64,000 nucleotides of DNA from Comamonadaceae bacterium. GTDB taxonomy: Bacteria; Pseudomonadota; Gammaproteobacteria; Burkholderiales; Burkholderiaceae_C. The DNA lies in assembly GCA_947450895.1 (NCBI GenBank), contig CANFWT010000006.1, forward strand, positions 11,048-75,047, written 5' to 3'. Below the pieces are notes generated by a model. That model searched no databases and was not told where the DNA came from. It saw only the letters and a list, made by a program, of their open reading frames with translations. Each line of letters opens with the position of its first letter. Positions within the stretch are counted from its first letter, which is position 1. A program made the translations under genes and the position numbers. This document shows, piece by piece, positions 60,494 to 64,000 of this stretch.

Positions 60494-62644
60494 TTAAGCG
60501 TTCGCGGCGGACGCGTGCTGGTGCGCGGTGGCGAACTGCTGGTACCAGTCCAAGCAGCCCGGATTGGCCATGGCCTCCTTATTCACCACCTTTTCCAGCG
60601 GGTGGCCCAGCAGCAGTTTTTTGATGGGAAGCTCCTGCTTTTTGCCGGACAAGGTGCGCGGAATCTCAGCCACTTGGAAGATCGCGTTGGGCAAAAAGCG
60701 CGGGCTCAGGGCGCTGCGGATGGCGTGGTGGATACGGCTGATGAGCGCCTCGTCCAACGACACGCCCGCCCGCAGTACCACAAACAGGGGCATATAGCTT
60801 TCGCGCCCCAGGTATTCCAGGTCCACCACCATGCTGTCCATCACCTCCGGCAGGGATTCGACGGCGCTGTAAATTTCGCTGGTGCCCATGCGCAGGCCGT
60901 GGCGGTTGATGGTGGCGTCGCTGCGGCCATAGATCACACAGCCTTCGCCTTGACCCTGCGCGTTGCCGATGCGCAGCCAGTCGCCGTGGCGCCACACGCC
61001 ACCGGCGTCCGCCCCCAGGTCACCGCCGCCGAGGCGTCGGCCGTGGCCTGGCGGGTACATCTCAAAGTAGCTGGCCAGGTAGCGCGCCTTGCCGGTGTCG
61101 CCCCAAAAATACAGGGGCATGGACGGAATGGGCTGGGTGCAGACCAGCTCGCCCACCTCGCCCAGCACGGGTTCGCCTGCCTCGTTCCAGGCCTCCACCG
61201 CGCAGCCCAACAAGCGGCACTGCATGACGCCGGGCTCCTGCGGCAGTTCGCGGTTGCCGCCAATAAAGGCGCCGCAAAAGTCGGTGCCGCCTGAAATATT
61301 GCACCACCAGATGTCAAAGCTTGGGTCGGGCGCCCCTGCGCGCGGCAGGCGGCGAAATTGGTCGCTGCCCCAGATTTGCGTCTCAGGCGCCAGCGGCGAG
61401 CCGGTGGTGCCCAGGGCGCGCACGCGCGACAGGTCTCCCAAAGCGGCCAAATCCAGCCCCGCTTTTTGGCAGTTGGCGTAAAACGCCGCGCCGGCGCCAA
61501 AAAAGGTGATGCCGGTCTCGGCGGCAAAGCGCCACAGCGTTCCCCAGTCGGGGCGGTCTTTGTCGCGGCCCGCCGGATTGCCGTCGTAGATGACGCAGGT
61601 GGTGCCGTTGAGCAGGCCGCTGAGTTGGGCATTCCACATCACCCAGCCGGTGGAGCTGTACCAATGAAAGCGTTCGCCTGCGCTGTTGGGGTGGTAGCTG
61701 CAGCCCACGTCGTTGTGCAAAATTTTGAGCGCCAATGCGACGATCACCGTGCCGCCGTGCCCGTGCACTATAGGTTTGGGCAGGCCGGTGGTGCCGCTGG
61801 AATACACAATCCACAGCGGATGGTCAAAGGGCAGCCACAGGGGCGCAAACGCCGCCACCGCAGCGTCGTCACGCGCAGTGGTCTGCGCCATGGACGTGGC
61901 CTGTGGCACGCCTGCTGCGCCGTCGGCAGGCTCTGGCAGGTTGTAGTGCACGATGAGGTGCTGGACGCTGGGCAGCGCCGCGCGCAGTTCTTGCACCACG
62001 GCACGGCGGTCCAGGTCACGCCCGCCGTAGCGCACGCCATCCACGGCGATCAGGATTTTGGGTTCGATCTGGCGAAAGCGGTCCAACACCGCTGCGGTGC
62101 CCATATCGGGCGCGCAAATGCTCCATATGCCTCCCAGCGACACGGTGGCCAAAAAGGCGACCATGGCCTCGGGGATATTGGGCAGATAGGCAGCCACCCG
62201 GTCGCCGGGCTCCAGGCCCTGGGCTTTGAGGTGCAGCGCCATGGACGCCACCTGGCGGCGCAACTCGGGCCAGGAGATTTCGCGGTGTTCGCCGCGCTCG
62301 TTGCGGCACACCAGCGCCGGGCAGCCTGCGGCGTGCGCCGCGTCTACATGGCGCAGCACCTGGTGGGCGTAATTGGTTTGCGCGCCGGGGAACCAGATGG
62401 CGCCTGGCATGGCGTTGTGCTGCAGCACCGCGCTGTGCGGCGTGGGCGAGCGCAGGTCAAAGTAGTCCCAAATGCTTTGCCAAAACGCATCCAGGTCGGT
62501 CACTGACCATTGCCACAGGGCGTGGTAGTCGGCAAAAGCCAGGCCCCGCTGGTTGTGCAGCCAGTCCTGGTACAGCCGGATTTGCGGCAGGTGCGGTGCA
62601 GGGGGGAAATTGGCGGCGGAAACAGGGTGTGGCGAGGGATTCAT
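60494..62644 (-). CDS. Acetoacetate--CoA ligase
   Basis: WSVTDLDAFWQSIW, YSSGTTGLPKPIVHGHGG, SGGTD, GRSDATINRHG.RMGTSEIY, TLSGKKQELPIKK. Confidence 0.92.
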   Translation of the reverse strand: MNPSPHPVSAANFPPAPHLPQIRLYQDWLHNQRGLAFADYHALWQWSVTDLDAFWQSIWDYFDLRSPTPHSAVLQHNAMPGAIWFPGAQTNYAHQVLRHVDAAHAAGCPALVCRNERGEHREISWPELRRQVASMALHLKAQGLEPGDRVAAYLPNIPEAMVAFLATVSLGGIWSICAPDMGTAAVLDRFRQIEPKILIAVDGVRYGGRDLDRRAVVQELRAALPSVQHLIVHYNLPEPADGAAGVPQATSMAQTTARDDAAVAAFAPLWLPFDHPLWIVYSSGTTGLPKPIVHGHGGTVIVALALKILHNDVGCSYHPNSAGERFHWYSSTGWVMWNAQLSGLLNGTTCVIYDGNPAGRDKDRPDWGTLWRFAAETGITFFGAGAAFYANCQKAGLDLAALGDLSRVRALGTTGSPLAPETQIWGSDQFRRLPRAGAPDPSFDIWWCNISGGTDFCGAFIGGNRELPQEPGVMQCRLLGCAVEAWNEAGEPVLGEVGELVCTQPIPSMPLYFWGDTGKARYLASYFEMYPPGHGRRLGGGDLGADAGGVWRHGDWLRIGNAQGQGEGCVIYGRSDATINRHGLRMGTSEIYSAVESLPEVMDSMVVDLEYLGRESYMPLFVVLRAGVSLDEALISRIHHAIRSALSPRFLPNAIFQVAEIPRTLSGKKQELPIKKLLLGHPLEKVVNKEAMANPGCLDWYQQFATAHQHASAANA

Positions 62645-62726
62645 GGGGCTGAGCCTACCAGTGCGATGCAAGCCGCTTCCTACGGGAAATCCCTGCACCG
62701 CGATGGGGTAAAAATGCACGAAGATG

Positions 62727-62742
62727 TGGCGCACAAGTTGCT
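62727..62742 (+). promoter_or_regulatory. Sigma-54 (-24/-12) promoter upstream of the amidase
   Basis: TGGCGCACAAGTTGCT: GG and GC 12 nt apart, matching TGGCAC-N5-TTGCW. Confidence 0.6.
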
Positions 62743-62778
62743 TATGGGATGGCTATGACATTAAAAAATGGTGAAAAC

Positions 62779-64000
62779 ATGGTTTTCACTCCCATGAACG
62801 CCCCTTTATTGGGCGCAAGTGCTTTGCACGCCGCGTACCGAAGCGGGCAGTTGCGCCCGTCGCAGGTGGTAGCGCAGTCTTTGGCCGCTGCGCGCGGCAG
62901 CGAGCCTGGCCTGTTTATCTGCCTGACCGAAGCGCGCGCTATGGCCGAGGCGCGGGCCAGTGACGCACGCTGGGACGCCGGGCAGCCCTTGGGCCCGCTC
63001 GATGGTGTGCCCGTGGTGTGGAAAGATTTGTTTGATGTGCAGGACACGACCACGACCGCCGCTTCGGCCACGCGGCGCAACGCCGCCCCGGCGGTGCAAG
63101 ACGCTGTGGCGGTGCAGCGCATGGCAGCTTGCGGTTGCATCAGCCTGGGCAAGGTGGGGCTGACCGAATTTGCCTATTCGGGTCTGGGCTTGAACCCGCA
63201 CTTTGGCACGCCGATCAACCGCGCCAGTGTGGATGGTCACCGGGCGCCCGGTGGCTCGTCCAGCGGGTCCGCGGTCGCGGTGGCGGCGCATATTGCCTGC
63301 ATTGGCATGGGCACGGACACAGGGGGCTCGGTGCGGGTGCCTGCGGCCCTGAACGGCCTGGTGGGTTTCAAGCCCTCGATTGGCCACTTTGACAAGCGCG
63401 GCATCTTTCCTCTTTCCGAAACCCTGGACGTGCCCGGGCCGATTGCCAACACGGTGCAAGACTGCGCATGGGTGGATGCGGCTCTGCGCGGTGCGGCTTT
63501 GCAGCCCTTGGTGGCGAGCCCGGTGGCTGCCATGACTTTCGTCGTGCCCCGCAACCTGATGTTTGATGGCATTGAGCCCGAGGTGCAGGCCACATTCGAC
63601 CTGCTGCTTGAGCGCCTGCGCGGTGCCGGGGCGCAGATCCGATTTGAGGCGTTTCCTGCCTTTGATGAATTCACGGCATTGACCGCGCACCACGGCACCA
63701 TTGCGGCAGCCGAAGCGTATGTATGGCACCAGGAACTGGTGGACGGGCCGCTGGCCGCATCCATTGACCGCCGGGTGCTGGCTCGCCTAGCCCGTGGCAA
63801 AACCATGACCGCTTTGGACCTGCTGACCTTGCAGGCGGCACGCGCCCGGCTGGTGCGGGAATGCGCCGCACAGCTGGGGGACGCCTGGATGCTCAGCCCC
63901 ACGGTGGTGCATGTGGCACCCTTGGTGGCGCCGTTGGAGGCCGACGAAGCGCTGTTCCACAGCACCAATTTGCGTACCCTGCAAAACACCTTGCCGGGCA
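62779..64000 (+). CDS. Amidase signature family protein (partial, runs off the window)
   Basis: Translated by hand: GPLDGVPVVWKDLFD, PGGSSSGSAVAV, GTDTGGSVRVPA. Missing from the ORF track because there is no stop in the window. Confidence 0.9.
   Translation, partial: MVFTPMNAPLLGASALHAAYRSGQLRPSQVVAQSLAAARGSEPGLFICLTEARAMAEARASDARWDAGQPLGPLDGVPVVWKDLFDVQDTTTTAASATRRNAAPAVQDAVAVQRMAACGCISLGKVGLTEFAYSGLGLNPHFGTPINRASVDGHRAPGGSSSGSAVAVAAHIACIGMGTDTGGSVRVPAALNGLVGFKPSIGHFDKRGIFPLSETLDVPGPIANTVQDCAWVDAALRGAALQPLVASPVAAMTFVVPRNLMFDGIEPEVQATFDLLLERLRGAGAQIRFEAFPAFDEFTALTAHHGTIAAAEAYVWHQELVDGPLAASIDRRVLARLARGKTMTALDLLTLQAARARLVRECAAQLGDAWMLSPTVVHVAPLVAPLEADEALFHSTNLRTLQNTLPG

Noticed and set aside
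50433-62737. 15-bp exact match GATGTGGCGCACAAG at 50433 and 62723
   Set aside because: A few 15-mer matches are expected by chance in 64 kb; the 62.7-kb copy is explained by the sigma-54 element, and the 50.4-kb copy lacks the -12 TTGC

Overview
GC-rich, Comamonadaceae-like betaproteobacterial chromosome segment (taxonomy inferred from gene content and codon style). (1) 1-15.3 kb: lower-GC surface-polysaccharide island with an epimerase, SGNH/GSCFA proteins, a methyltransferase, two sulfotransferase-like genes, GT2/GT8 glycosyltransferases, a Kdo module (intact kdsA and kdsD/kpsF, decayed kdsB and kdsC) and a hipBA remnant. (2) 15.5-26.6 kb: TSUP exporter, tldD-tldE-DUF5916-FAD monooxygenase, transporters, small genes. 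(3) 26.6-42.4 kb: complete five-step histidine utilization cluster (hutUH plus ABC transporter, hutCDIGF) next to a divergent PhyH dioxygenase / Rieske oxygenase-aminotransferase-FAD dehydrogenase unit. The same 21-bp HutC operator/-10 module sits in front of that unit and in front of hutU. This is the strongest candidate for an undescribed system: a HutC-controlled pathway feeding histidine derivatives into Hut. (4) 42.7-50.3 kb: Csu-type chaperone-usher pilus operon converging on two more Csu subunits plus orphan TadE/TadG/TadG genes, with CRP-like boxes at all three promoters. (5) 50.5-64 kb: MFS transporters, thioredoxin, SRAP, branched-chain ABC transporter, acetoacetate-CoA ligase and a partial amidase. 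All family calls come from motif recognition by eye; no database searches were run.
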